Shown: in pieces, positions 8,915 through 18,019 of the stretch
Layout: every line of letters starts with the position of its first letter
Position numbering within the stretch: position 1 is the first letter of the stretch
Assembly: GCA_965649115.1 (NCBI GenBank)
Contig: CBFGJN010000030.1
Location: 1-22,021 of the forward strand
Source of the DNA: a candidate division WOR-3 bacterium
Lineage (GTDB): Bacteria; Hydrothermota; Hydrothermia; LBFQ01; DSFT01
DNA: 22,021 nucleotides
Direction of reading: 5' to 3'
The notes under the pieces: model-generated
The model's input: only the letters and a program-made list of their open reading frames with translations
Told to the model about the DNA's origin: nothing
Database searches by the model: none
Made by a program: the position numbers and the translations under genes

Positions 8915-10780
8915 ATGGCAGAGAAAATTTTGGGTATTGACCTTGGAACAACGAACTCAGTTGTTTCTATAATGCAAGGTGATGAAACCATTGTTATTCA
9001 TAACTTAGAAGGTGAAAGATTAACACCATCTGTTGTTGCTTTTAAAGGAAATGGTGAAGTTATTGTAGGTTCTCCTGCTAAAAGACAGGCTATACTTAAT
9101 CCCGAAAATACAATTTACTCAATAAAAAGATTTATGGGGAGAAGATATGATGAGGCATTAGATGATATAAGAAGGGTTCCCTATAAGGTTGTTAGAGGAA
9201 GGAATGACAGAGTTGAAGTTTTTATTCCTGCTGAAAATAAAAATTACACACCAGAGCAAATATCAGCAGAGATTTTAAGATATTTGAAAAAGAGTGCTGA
9301 AACTTATCTTGGAGAGCCTGTTAGGAAAGCTGTTATAACAGTTCCTGCTTACTTTAATGATGCTCAAAGACAAGCAACAAAAGATGCCGGAACAATAGCA
9401 GGTCTTGAAGTTGTTAGAGTTCTTCCTGAACCAACAGCTTCTGCATTAGCTTATGGTCTAAATAAAACTGATAAAAAATTAAAAGTAGCAGTTTATGACT
9501 TAGGTGGTGGGACATTTGATATATCTATCCTTGAATTAAGTGGAGGAGTATTTGAAGTAATAGCTACTCATGGAGATACTCACTTAGGTGGAGATGATAT
9601 TGACAATAGAATTATTGAATGGCTTATTGAAGAATTTAGAAAAGAAACGGGCATAGATTTATCAGCTGATAGACAAGCTTTACAAAGGTTAAAAGAGGCA
9701 GCAGAAAGAGCCAAAAAAGAATTATCCTTCCAAAATGAAACAGTAATTAGTCTTCCATTTATAACTGTTGATAGTTCAGGTCCAAAACATCTTGAAAGAA
9801 CATTAACAAGAGCAAGACTTGAAGCAATGGCTATGGATTTAATAGATAGAAGTATTAAACTAATTAAGGAAGCTCTTGAAGAAGCCAAATTGAGACCATC
9901 AGATATTGATGAAATAATTCTTGTGGGAGGACAAACAAGAATGCCGTTAGTTCAAAGGAAAGTTCAGGAATTCTTCGGTAAAGAACCTCACAAGGGAATA
10001 AATCCCGATGAAGTAGTAGCAATTGGTGCAGCAATTCAAGCAGCGATTATATCTGGTGAGTATAGAGCAAAAGATATTGTTTTATTAGATGTAACACCAT
10101 TATCATTGGGTGTTGAGGTTCTTGGAGGTTTATTTGACGTAGTAATACCTAAGAATACAACTATACCAACAAGGAAAACGAAAATATATACAACAGCTGA
10201 GGATAATCAAACAAGTGTTTGGATTAAAGTTTATCAAGGAGAAAGAAAGATAGCAAGAGAAAATAGATTACTTGGAGAATTTGAGCTTTCAGGTATTCCA
10301 CCTGCACCAAGAGGAGTGCCTCAAATAGAAGTTACATTTGATATTGATGTAAATGGTATATTAACTGTTAGTGCTGTTGAAAAAGCAACTGGTAAAAAAG
10401 CTGATATTAAAATTCATGCAAGAACTGGATTAACAGAAGAAGAAATACAAAGAATGATAAAGGAAGCACAAGAGAAGGAAGAAGAAGATAGAAGGAGAGC
10501 AGAACTCATTGAACTTAAAAATCAAGTAGATGCCTATATTTATTCAGTTGAAAAATCATTAAAAGAATTTTCTTCACAAATAAGTGATGACGAAAAGAGA
10601 AGTGTAGAAGAAAAGATAAATAAAGCAAAAGAAAGTCTAAAAACTGACAATAAAGAAGAAATTCAAAAAGCCTATGAAGAACTTCAAAATGTTTGGAATA
10701 GTATAACTACAAGAATTTACCAAAGCTATAAGAGTGAAAGACCTGACGATAAAAAAGATGATTTTAGGGTAGAAAACTAA
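8915..10780 (+). CDS. dnaK: Chaperone DnaK (Hsp70)
   Basis: [70 protein letters not shown]. Confidence 0.99.
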   Translation: MAEKILGIDLGTTNSVVSIMQGDETIVIHNLEGERLTPSVVAFKGNGEVIVGSPAKRQAILNPENTIYSIKRFMGRRYDEALDDIRRVPYKVVRGRNDRVEVFIPAENKNYTPEQISAEILRYLKKSAETYLGEPVRKAVITVPAYFNDAQRQATKDAGTIAGLEVVRVLPEPTASALAYGLNKTDKKLKVAVYDLGGGTFDISILELSGGVFEVIATHGDTHLGGDDIDNRIIEWLIEEFRKETGIDLSADRQALQRLKEAAERAKKELSFQNETVISLPFITVDSSGPKHLERTLTRARLEAMAMDLIDRSIKLIKEALEEAKLRPSDIDEIILVGGQTRMPLVQRKVQEFFGKEPHKGINPDEVVAIGAAIQAAIISGEYRAKDIVLLDVTPLSLGVEVLGGLFDVVIPKNTTIPTRKTKIYTTAEDNQTSVWIKVYQGERKIARENRLLGEFELSGIPPAPRGVPQIEVTFDIDVNGILTVSAVEKATGKKADIKIHARTGLTEEEIQRMIKEAQEKEEEDRRRAELIELKNQVDAYIYSVEKSLKEFSSQISDDEKRSVEEKINKAKESLKTDNKEEIQKAYEELQNVWNSITTRIYQSYKSERPDDKKDDFRVEN

Positions 10781-11272
10781 ATGTTATTTTTTCTTTTTAA
10801 TCAATTAGAAAAAGAAATTCAAAAAAAGTATTTGTCTATAAACTACTTGAAGGCAAGTTTCATTCAGATTATTAAATATCCTTCAAGAAGTGATTCTGTT
10901 TTATTTAGTGGCTACTTAGTTTATAAATCACCAAGCGAATTAACTTTTAATATAAATGAAACCAAAAGTAAAATTATATTAAGAGATACGATTATAATGA
11001 CAGTTCAAAACAATGATACATCAATCCAAATTTTACCAAAAAATTATATGTTCAATCCATATTACTTCTTAACCGAAGGTATAAAAGCATATAAAAGTGA
11101 ATTAAAAAAATTCAATGATAAAATTGAAATTAATCTATTATCTGATACTTTATTTTACAAAGATATTAAATTTGTTTTAAACTCAAAGGATTATAGTATT
11201 TTAAGCGTCAAAGCAACTGACATGTACGGTGTTATATATGAATTAAAGCTGAAAGATATTGAACAAAAATGA
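10781..11272 (+). CDS. LolA-like outer-membrane lipoprotein carrier
   Basis: YLSINYLKASFIQ...FSGYLVYKSP...NP pattern resembles the LolA N-terminal strands (ASFxQ, G-x-L-x-x-K-x-P). Divergent sequence. Confidence 0.6.
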   Translation: MLFFLFNQLEKEIQKKYLSINYLKASFIQIIKYPSRSDSVLFSGYLVYKSPSELTFNINETKSKIILRDTIIMTVQNNDTSIQILPKNYMFNPYYFLTEGIKAYKSELKKFNDKIEINLLSDTLFYKDIKFVLNSKDYSILSVKATDMYGVIYELKLKDIEQK

Positions 11273-11679
11273 AAGCTATAAATTATGCTTTGAGGTTATT
11301 GAAATTTCGTTCTCGTTCTGAAAATGAATTGAGAAAAAGAATGAAACAAAAAGGATTTGAAGATATTGAAATTGATAGTGTAATTGAAAAGCTTAAAAAA
11401 TATGGTTATATAAATGAAATTGAAGATGCCATAAATTATGTTAAAATTAAATGTGAAAAGGGATGGTCAAAAAAGAAAATTTATTTTGGACTTTTAAGAA
11501 GAGGTTATAATAAAGAAATTATAAAACAAGCATTAATTAATTACCAAAAGGATTTAGTAATTCAAAAACTAAAAAATGAAATTTCAAGAAAGAATTTAAA
11601 TAAAGAGAAATTAATAAAACTTCTTAAAAGTAGAGGTTTTGAATGGGATATCATAAAAGAAGTTTTGAGAAATGATTGA
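11269..11679 (+). CDS. recX: Regulatory protein RecX
   Basis: ALRLLKFRSRSENELRKRM, LKKYGYIN, LLRRG, LKSRGF three-helix repeats. Confidence 0.9.
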   Translation: MKAINYALRLLKFRSRSENELRKRMKQKGFEDIEIDSVIEKLKKYGYINEIEDAINYVKIKCEKGWSKKKIYFGLLRRGYNKEIIKQALINYQKDLVIQKLKNEISRKNLNKEKLIKLLKSRGFEWDIIKEVLRND

Positions 11680-12340
11680 ATTAATAAATGTAAGGAAAGT
11701 TTATAAGGATCCAAATGAAATTGTTGTTTTTGAAAATTTAAATTTAAAAATATCTGAAAGTAAAATAATAGCCATAACTGGACCTTCTGGAAGTGGCAAA
11801 ACAACACTTTTGAATTTAATAGGAATGATTGATTTTCCCGATGAAGGAGAAGTTTTAATAAATTCAAAAAATATCAAAAATTTAAGTGAAAACGAAATAT
11901 CAAAATTAAGAAATGAATTTATTGGATTTGTATTTCAAAGCTCTCATTTAATAAATGAGCTAACAGTTTTGGAAAATGTTTTAATTCCAAGTTTAATAAA
12001 AAACAAATTTTTAAATAATGATAGCCTAAGAAGAGCAATTGAAATTCTTGATTATTTTCAAATATCAAATAAGAAAGATAATTTACCATATGAAATATCA
12101 GGTGGTGAAAAAAAGAGAGTTGAGATAGCAAGAGCAATTATGAATAACCCTAAAATTATCATAGCAGATGAACCTACTGCAAATTTAGACCAAAAGCTTA
12201 AATTTTCAATTATGGAAATTCTTTATAAAGTTAGAAATGATTTTGGAACTACTATTATATTTTCAACGCATGATTATGAAATACTTAAATATGCTGATAA
12301 AGTATATAAAATTGAAAATATGAATTTAGTAGAAATATGA
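11672..12340 (+). CDS. ABC transporter ATP-binding protein, LolD/MacB-like
   Basis: Walker A GPSGSGKTT, LRNEFIGFVFQ, signature ISGGEKKR, ADEPTANLD, H-loop STHD. Confidence 0.9.
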   Translation: MIELINVRKVYKDPNEIVVFENLNLKISESKIIAITGPSGSGKTTLLNLIGMIDFPDEGEVLINSKNIKNLSENEISKLRNEFIGFVFQSSHLINELTVLENVLIPSLIKNKFLNNDSLRRAIEILDYFQISNKKDNLPYEISGGEKKRVEIARAIMNNPKIIIADEPTANLDQKLKFSIMEILYKVRNDFGTTIIFSTHDYEILKYADKVYKIENMNLVEI

Positions 12341-13416
12341 AAATTGGAATACTTGGAGGAGGACAGCTCGGATTTATGACAATTTTGAGAGGAACATATA
12401 TGGGTTTTGAATTCAATGTCCTAGATAAAAGCTTTGATGTTTCTTCAAGAAAAACATCAGCAAAGTTATTTAAATTTGAAAATTATTCTGAATTTTATAA
12501 TGAAAGCGATATTATAACATTTGAATTTGAACATATTCCAATAGATATTGCTGAATTTATGAAGGAAAAGTTAAGACCTTCGCTTGAAATTTTACTATTA
12601 AAACAAAATAGATTTAATGAAAAGCAATTTTTGTTAGATAATAAGTTTCCCGTTCCAAAATTTTTTAAGGCAGAAAATGGAAGAGAAGCTTTTGAAATAA
12701 TAAAGAAAAATAATTTTATTCCATGTGTTGTTAAAACAACAAGACTTGGTTATGATGGCAAAGGTCAGTTTTATATAAGAAGTTTTGAGAATTTAGAAGA
12801 AATTTATAACTTAAATGAAGAATTAATAATAGAGGAATATATTGATTTTGAAATGGAGGTTTCTACAATTGTTGCAAGAAATGAATTAGATATTAAAGTT
12901 TATCCAATTTCCCAAAATTTTCATAAGGATGGAATTTTAATTTACAATATAACACCTGCTAAAATACCTAAAAAACTTGAAAATAAAATATATGAAATTG
13001 CTATTGAACTTTCAAAATCATTAAATTTAATAGGAATTGTTGCTATTGAATTCTTTGTTAAAGATGAAGATATTCTAATAAATGAAATTGCTCCGAGACC
13101 TCATAATAGTGGCCATTGGACACTTGATGGTTCAATTACTTCCCAATTTGAGCAATTTTTAAGAGCAATTTTAAATCTACCTCTTGGAGAAACAACATTA
13201 ATTAAACCTACATTAATGATAAATTTGCTTGGTGTCGATAAACCAAATTTAAATGAAATTTTTAAAATTAAAAATAGTTATTTTTATTGGTATTTTAAAG
13301 AGAAAAAAACGAGAAGAAAAATGGGACATATTAACATTCTTTTAGATGAATATGATGATTACAAGGATATTGTTAAATTAATTCTTGACTTGTCTAATAA
13401 ATATAGTGTTAAGTAA
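12337..13416 (+). CDS. purK: N5-carboxyaminoimidazole ribonucleotide synthase
   Basis: GILGGGQLG, TFEFEH, GYDGKGQ, NEIAPRPHNSGHWT, SQFEQ, RKMGH. Confidence 0.97.
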   Translation: MKIGILGGGQLGFMTILRGTYMGFEFNVLDKSFDVSSRKTSAKLFKFENYSEFYNESDIITFEFEHIPIDIAEFMKEKLRPSLEILLLKQNRFNEKQFLLDNKFPVPKFFKAENGREAFEIIKKNNFIPCVVKTTRLGYDGKGQFYIRSFENLEEIYNLNEELIIEEYIDFEMEVSTIVARNELDIKVYPISQNFHKDGILIYNITPAKIPKKLENKIYEIAIELSKSLNLIGIVAIEFFVKDEDILINEIAPRPHNSGHWTLDGSITSQFEQFLRAILNLPLGETTLIKPTLMINLLGVDKPNLNEIFKIKNSYFYWYFKEKKTRRKMGHINILLDEYDDYKDIVKLILDLSNKYSVK

Positions 13417-13434
13417 TTTTAACCCTCTCTGCTG

Positions 13435-13614
13435 AGCTTTGTCCAGTAATTATTGTTAAGCGATTGATAATCAATAATTTATAAAATTTTTAAGGAAATT
13501 GTTGATTTATTGGGGGGATTATTAGGGGGGCTCTGCCCCCCAAAGCAAAAAATGGGTATTTTAAAGCCAAAAGCTTTTGAAAAATAAATAATTCCAGAAT
13601 TTTTGGACACAGCA
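13435..13614 (+). mobile_element. MITE-like element copy 2 (180 bp, lacks the GGGTGGGTGGG block)
   Basis: Ends AGCTTTGTCCAGTAATT and AATTTTTGGACACAGCA. Perfect 9-bp flanking direct repeat TCTCTGCTG (13426-13434, 13615-13623). Confidence 0.9.
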
Positions 13615-13636
13615 TCTCTGCTGATTTTATATTCTT

Positions 13637-13642
13637 TAAAAT
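13637..13642 (+). promoter_or_regulatory. -10-like TAAAAT, 8 nt upstream of an in-frame TTG at 13651
   Basis: TCTTTAAAATTTTCAAAT-TTG. Confidence 0.55.
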
Positions 13643-13650
13643 TTTCAAAT

Positions 13651-15573
13651 TTGACATTATTATTATTTGCTTTTGATATTATTAAACCATATGATAACAT
13701 CTATAAAATAGACCTTTCAGGTGACAATCAAATTGTTTTCACAAATGAAAGTGTTAAACCACTAAGAGTTCAAATTCTTGAGAATAATGAACCTCTAAAA
13801 AATTATGAAATTAACATTTTCCTTATAACACCAAATAATGTTGAAAAATATAAAGTTAAAACAGACAGTCTTGGTTATGCGATATTTATTCCACCAAAAC
13901 CAAAATTTGAAGGTTTATATAGAGTTATATTTTATAGAGAAGAACATTTTTCTTATTTTACTTTTAATGCAATAGATAGACTTTATATTCTATTTTCAAT
14001 ACTTGAAATGATTGGTGGATTTATTATTTTCCTATATGGAATGGAAAAATTAAATAGAGGAATAAATGCTTTTGCAGGCGCTACAATTAAAGGTTTTCTA
14101 AAAAAATTTTCAGAAAATAGAATTTTCTCATTCTTAATAGGTATTATTTCAACAATTGCTATACAATCATCAACAGCTATTAATGTTATGCTTGTATCAT
14201 TTGTAGATTCAGGATTATTATCTTTGAAAAGTGCTTTAAGTATTGCATTAGGAGCGGGAATAGGCTCAACATTTACAACACAATTAATATCATTTGGAAT
14301 ATTTGAAATTTCACCACTTATTATAACAATTGGCTATATATTAAAAAGAATGGAAGGAAGAATTAGAGCTTATGGAAACGCTATATTTGGAATAGGTTTA
14401 TTATTTTTTTCAATAAAAATGATGTCAAGTAGTGCTTACTCACTAAATATATTTCCTCAATTTAAAAGCTTCTTTGAAAGTGTAAATAGTAATCCTTTAT
14501 TTGGTATCTTAGTATCAATAATTTTTACTTCATTAGTTCATTCAAGTGCTGCAGTTGTAGGATTTGCAATATCACTTGGTTTTCAAAATATTATTGATTT
14601 AAAAGGTGGAATTTACATCATACTTGGAGCAAACATAGGAACAAGTATAACAGCGATTTTAGCATCTTTAAAAACAGGGGCAAGTGGTAAGCAAATTGCA
14701 TTTGCAAATTTCATATATAAATTCATAACATTTTTAATTATTTTTATTTTTATAAATGATTTTATAGAAATTGTGGAAAAAACTGATAGCTCACTTACAA
14801 GGCAAATAGCTAATGCTCATACTTTATTTAATATAATTGGAGCAATTATTTTTCTACCATTTGTAAATGTTGCTCAATTTATTTTTAAGAAATTATTTAA
14901 GGAAAAAATTGAGACAAGAATTTTACCCGACCCATCTATTTTTGATAATAGCTCAATTGCTATTGTTGTTGCTCATAGAAAAATTATAGAAATGTCAAAT
15001 ATCATTGAAAATATGCTTGATAAAATTCCAGAAATTTTGATTACAAAAAATACTTCTTTAATAAATAAAGTTGAATTAATGGATGAGGAGGTTGATAGAA
15101 TTAGAGATGAAATCGTCTTATATTTAATAAAACTTCAAAAAATTGAAATGACCGAAGAAGAAAGCAAAAAAGTTAAAATAATTTCAAGCATTATTGATGA
15201 ATTTGAAGCGATAGGTGATGTTATCACAAAAAACATTACAAAAAATGTTTATAAGCTTTATAATGAAGGAATTAATTTTTCAAAGGAAGGACTTGAAGAT
15301 TTACTTGAATTTCATAAGGAAATAATGATTAGTTTTCAAATTATGAATATCGCTCTACTTGATTTTGATAAAGTGAAGGCAAAGGAAGGTTTTGAAAGAA
15401 GATTTTATGTAAATAATTTACTTGATAAGTTTCATCAAAAACATTTTGAAAGATTAAAAGCACTAATTCAGGAAACATTTTTAACCAGTTCTATACATGT
15501 TGAACTTTTGAATAACTTTGAAAGAATAAACTATCATATTAGTGAAATCTGTAAAGAGATTATGAGTGAATAA
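13651..15573 (+). CDS. Na/Pi cotransporter family protein (NptA/YjbB-like) with C-terminal PhoU domain and N-terminal Ig-like extension
   Basis: QSSTA and HSSAA repeats, GAGIGST/GANIGTS, IANAHTLFN, helical PhoU-like C-terminus. I moved the start from the track's 13603 (inside element copy 2) to the in-frame TTG at 13651 that follows the recurring -10 motif. Confidence 0.88.
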   Translation: MTLLLFAFDIIKPYDNIYKIDLSGDNQIVFTNESVKPLRVQILENNEPLKNYEINIFLITPNNVEKYKVKTDSLGYAIFIPPKPKFEGLYRVIFYREEHFSYFTFNAIDRLYILFSILEMIGGFIIFLYGMEKLNRGINAFAGATIKGFLKKFSENRIFSFLIGIISTIAIQSSTAINVMLVSFVDSGLLSLKSALSIALGAGIGSTFTTQLISFGIFEISPLIITIGYILKRMEGRIRAYGNAIFGIGLLFFSIKMMSSSAYSLNIFPQFKSFFESVNSNPLFGILVSIIFTSLVHSSAAVVGFAISLGFQNIIDLKGGIYIILGANIGTSITAILASLKTGASGKQIAFANFIYKFITFLIIFIFINDFIEIVEKTDSSLTRQIANAHTLFNIIGAIIFLPFVNVAQFIFKKLFKEKIETRILPDPSIFDNSSIAIVVAHRKIIEMSNIIENMLDKIPEILITKNTSLINKVELMDEEVDRIRDEIVLYLIKLQKIEMTEEESKKVKIISSIIDEFEAIGDVITKNITKNVYKLYNEGINFSKEGLEDLLEFHKEIMISFQIMNIALLDFDKVKAKEGFERRFYVNNLLDKFHQKHFERLKALIQETFLTSSIHVELLNNFERINYHISEICKEIMSE

Positions 15574-15585
15574 GTCATTATTATC

Positions 15586-15924
15586 TGCCCCACTATAATC
15601 CCCCATTAAATAATAGGTTATTGATAACCAATAACTTATTGCTTTGTCTAGTAAATAATGTTAGGTTATTGGTTATCAATAACTTATAAAGATTTTATTG
15701 GAATTATTTATTAAAGGGGGGTTTTAATGGGGGGCTTTGCCCCCCCATAGCCGAAATATGGGTACTTTAAAGGCGAAGCCTTGAATATAGGGTGGGTGGG
15801 AAAATAAAATACAGAAAAATAAATAATTTTAGAATTGCTGGACACAGCAATAACTTATAAATTGGGTTTTTTAAAGCAGTAGGCCTATATTTAGGGTGGG
15901 TAAGAAAAGAGAGAAAAATAAAAA
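15586..15924. repeat. Older degenerate element remnants flanking copy 3
   Basis: The left flank has C-tracts and the 25-bp palindrome (15614-15638). The right flank has TGGGTTTTTTAAAG...TAGGGTGGGTAAGAAAA...AAAAATAAA, matching the element interior. Confidence 0.65.
15640..15849 (+). mobile_element. MITE-like element copy 3 (210 bp, most complete)
   Basis: Ends TGCTTTGTCTAGTAAAT and AATTGCTGGACACAGCA. 9-bp direct repeat ATAACTTAT (15631-15639, 15850-15858). Contains all internal modules. Confidence 0.9.
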
Positions 15925-16329
15925 CTATTTTCTCATTTCATCAATAATATCTTTTAATGTCATTTTTGAAAGAAAATTTTCAATTTTTTCATTCATCTTT
16001 TTCCAAAAACCTTTCATTAAGCACATTGAAATAAAACTACAACTATTATCGCTTTCAATACATTTAACAATTCCAAATTTTCCTTCAAGTAATTCAATAA
16101 TTTCAATAATTTTTATATCTTCTGGCTTTTTCTTTAAATAATAACCTCCTTTTGGACCTCTTTTTCCTTCAACAATTCCAGCGTTTTTAAATTCAGCCAT
16201 TATTCTTTCAAGAAATGATTCGGGTATCAATTCAATATAAGATAATTCCTTAGTAGTTAAAGAACCATTCAAATGTAATCTTAAAAGTGCTCTTATTCCA
16301 TATTCAACTTTATTAGTTAATTTTAGCAT
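15925..16329 (-). CDS. Rrf2 family transcriptional regulator (three-Cys, Fe-S-binding type)
   Basis: LTNKVEYGIRAL, IPESFLERI, GKRGPKGGYYL, C-x6-C-x5-C cluster. Confidence 0.93.
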   Translation of the reverse strand: MLKLTNKVEYGIRALLRLHLNGSLTTKELSYIELIPESFLERIMAEFKNAGIVEGKRGPKGGYYLKKKPEDIKIIEIIELLEGKFGIVKCIESDNSCSFISMCLMKGFWKKMNEKIENFLSKMTLKDIIDEMRK

Positions 16330-16338
16330 TTATTTAAA

Positions 16339-16344
16339 ATTTTA
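16339..16344 (-). promoter_or_regulatory. -10-like TAAAAT, 9 nt upstream of the Rrf2 ATG
   Basis: Minus strand TGCTTTAAAATTTTAAATAA-ATG. Confidence 0.6.
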
Positions 16345-16367
16345 AAGCATAAGGTATTTTATTTTTC

Positions 16368-16573
16368 TATTGTGTCTAGTAATTTTGAAAATATATTCAT
16401 TTCTATATTTTTTTCGCACCCAACCTAATAATAAGCCTTCTGATTATAAATACCTCATCTTTTGCCTTTGATGGCTTTACCACCATTAAATCCCCTATAA
16501 AATCAATAGTTTCGTTAAAAATGTTGTAAGTTATTGATTATCAAAGGCTTAAAATTAATTATTGTACAAAGCA
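16368..16573 (-). mobile_element. MITE-like element copy 4 (206 bp, full length but diverged)
   Basis: Ends TATTGTGTCTAGTAATT and AATTATTGTACAAAGCA, colinear with the reverse complement of copy 3. Palindrome at 16527-16551. No clear TSD. Confidence 0.8.
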
Positions 16574-16685
16574 TTCTTTGATGGCGTATCCAATATTAAG
16601 CTTTCAACTTTAAAATTTCCATATTTCCTTAACAAAGCACCTTGTTAGAAACAGAAAAATAAGCCCCCCTACTGAAAAAATGCTT

Positions 16686-16691
16686 TAAAAT
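16686..16691 (+). promoter_or_regulatory. -10-like TAAAAT, 9 nt upstream of the rpoZ ATG
   Basis: TGCTTTAAAATTTTACTCCT-ATG. Confidence 0.6.
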
Positions 16692-16700
16692 TTTACTCCT

Positions 16701-16901
16701 ATGGATAAGAACTTTAAATTTCTTGCAAAAAAATTTGAGTGGAAAAAGATAGATGATAAGTACGAGGCGGTTATTGTTGCTGCCAAATATGCAAGGTTCT
16801 TATTTGAAAAGTCAAAAGAACAAAACTTTAAATTACCTTCAAAACCGATATTTATAGCGATGGATGCTTATCTAAACAAAAAGATAGAATATAAAAAGTG
16901 A
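16701..16901 (+). CDS. rpoZ: RNA polymerase omega subunit
   Basis: KYEAVIVAAKYAR...KPIFIAM matches the omega pattern; it lies directly upstream of coaBC as in the conserved rpoZ-coaBC order. Confidence 0.8.
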   Translation: MDKNFKFLAKKFEWKKIDDKYEAVIVAAKYARFLFEKSKEQNFKLPSKPIFIAMDAYLNKKIEYKK

Positions 16902-18019
16902 AAATTATTCTTGGTATTACGGGAAGTGTCGCTTGTTATAAAGGAATTCTGATTTCAAGAGAAATTTTCAAAAGAGGTCTAAATCAAAAAGTTATTTTAA
17001 CGAATTCTGCATTAAAATTTATAAGACCCTTAATTTTCAAAGCAATATCAAATGCAGAAGTTTATACACAAAAGGATTTTTTTAATTCAAATCTTCATAT
17101 TGAAATATCAAGATGGGGTGATTTACTTTTAGTAGCACCTGCCAGTGCCAACTTTATATCAAAACTCGCTAATGGTATAGCTGATAATTTATTACTTTCA
17201 GTTGCTATTTCATTTAACAAAAGGATTATATTAGCACCTGCTATGCATGATGAAATGTGGAAAAATAAATTTTTGAAAGAAAATGTAGAAAAGTTAATAA
17301 AAAGTGGAATTGAAATTATTGGACCTGTTTATGGAGAATTATCTGGTGGAGATTTTGGAGAAGGAAGAATGCTTGAAGTAAATGAAATAATAGATTATAT
17401 ATTTAAAAGAACAAAAAAAGTTTTGCTTGTATATGGAAGGACAGAAGAACCAATAGACGATGTTAGAGTAATTACAAATCGTTCAAGTGGAAAAATAGGT
17501 TATTTTATCCATAAGGCACTTGAAAGTAAAGGAATTTATCATGATATTATTGTTTGTGGTTCAATTGAGAATGTGCCAGAAAAGAAATTTATAAGAGTTT
17601 ATAGAACACAAGAGCTTTTAAATGTTTTAAAAGAAATTATTAAAAATTATGATGTTCTAATAATACCCGCTGCAATCTCTGATTTCGTAAGTGATAGTAT
17701 AAAGGGGAAAATTCATAGAAAAAATGGAAATTTAAATTTAAATTTAAAACCAAATATTGATGTTTTAAGAGAAATTTCAAGTTTAAAGGAAAATAGAATG
17801 TACATTGGATTTGCTCTTGAAGAAGAAAACGAAATTGAAGAGAATGCAAAAAATAAAATTATTGAGAAAAATTTAGACTTTATCGTAGCAAATACCTTAG
17901 ATAGTATTTCATCTGAAAATATGACAGGTTTTATAATGGATAAGAATTTCAAAAAAGTTTTTGAATTTAAAAATTTAGATAAATTTGAAGTTGCCAAAAA
18001 AATTGTAAGTTTAATATGA
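16898..18019 (+). CDS. coaBC: Bifunctional phosphopantothenoylcysteine decarboxylase/synthase
   Basis: GITGSVACYK, HIEI, APASAN, GIADNLL, PAM, TEEPIDDVRVITNRSSGK, AAISDF, GFALE. GTG start. Confidence 0.95.
   Translation: MKIILGITGSVACYKGILISREIFKRGLNQKVILTNSALKFIRPLIFKAISNAEVYTQKDFFNSNLHIEISRWGDLLLVAPASANFISKLANGIADNLLLSVAISFNKRIILAPAMHDEMWKNKFLKENVEKLIKSGIEIIGPVYGELSGGDFGEGRMLEVNEIIDYIFKRTKKVLLVYGRTEEPIDDVRVITNRSSGKIGYFIHKALESKGIYHDIIVCGSIENVPEKKFIRVYRTQELLNVLKEIIKNYDVLIIPAAISDFVSDSIKGKIHRKNGNLNLNLKPNIDVLREISSLKENRMYIGFALEEENEIEENAKNKIIEKNLDFIVANTLDSISSENMTGFIMDKNFKKVFEFKNLDKFEVAKKIVSLI

Noticed and set aside
13603..13650. Track start codon for the Na/Pi cotransporter
   Set aside because: It lies within the element TIR and upstream of the -10-like motif; TTG 13651 fits the pattern seen at eight other genes.
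13525..15748. G6/C6 hairpins as stand-alone Rho-independent terminators or REP sequences
   Set aside because: They are internal parts of the TIR-bounded element, are not consistently followed by a T-tract on the transcribed strand, and no RAYT/TnpA gene is present. A secondary terminator role is not excluded.
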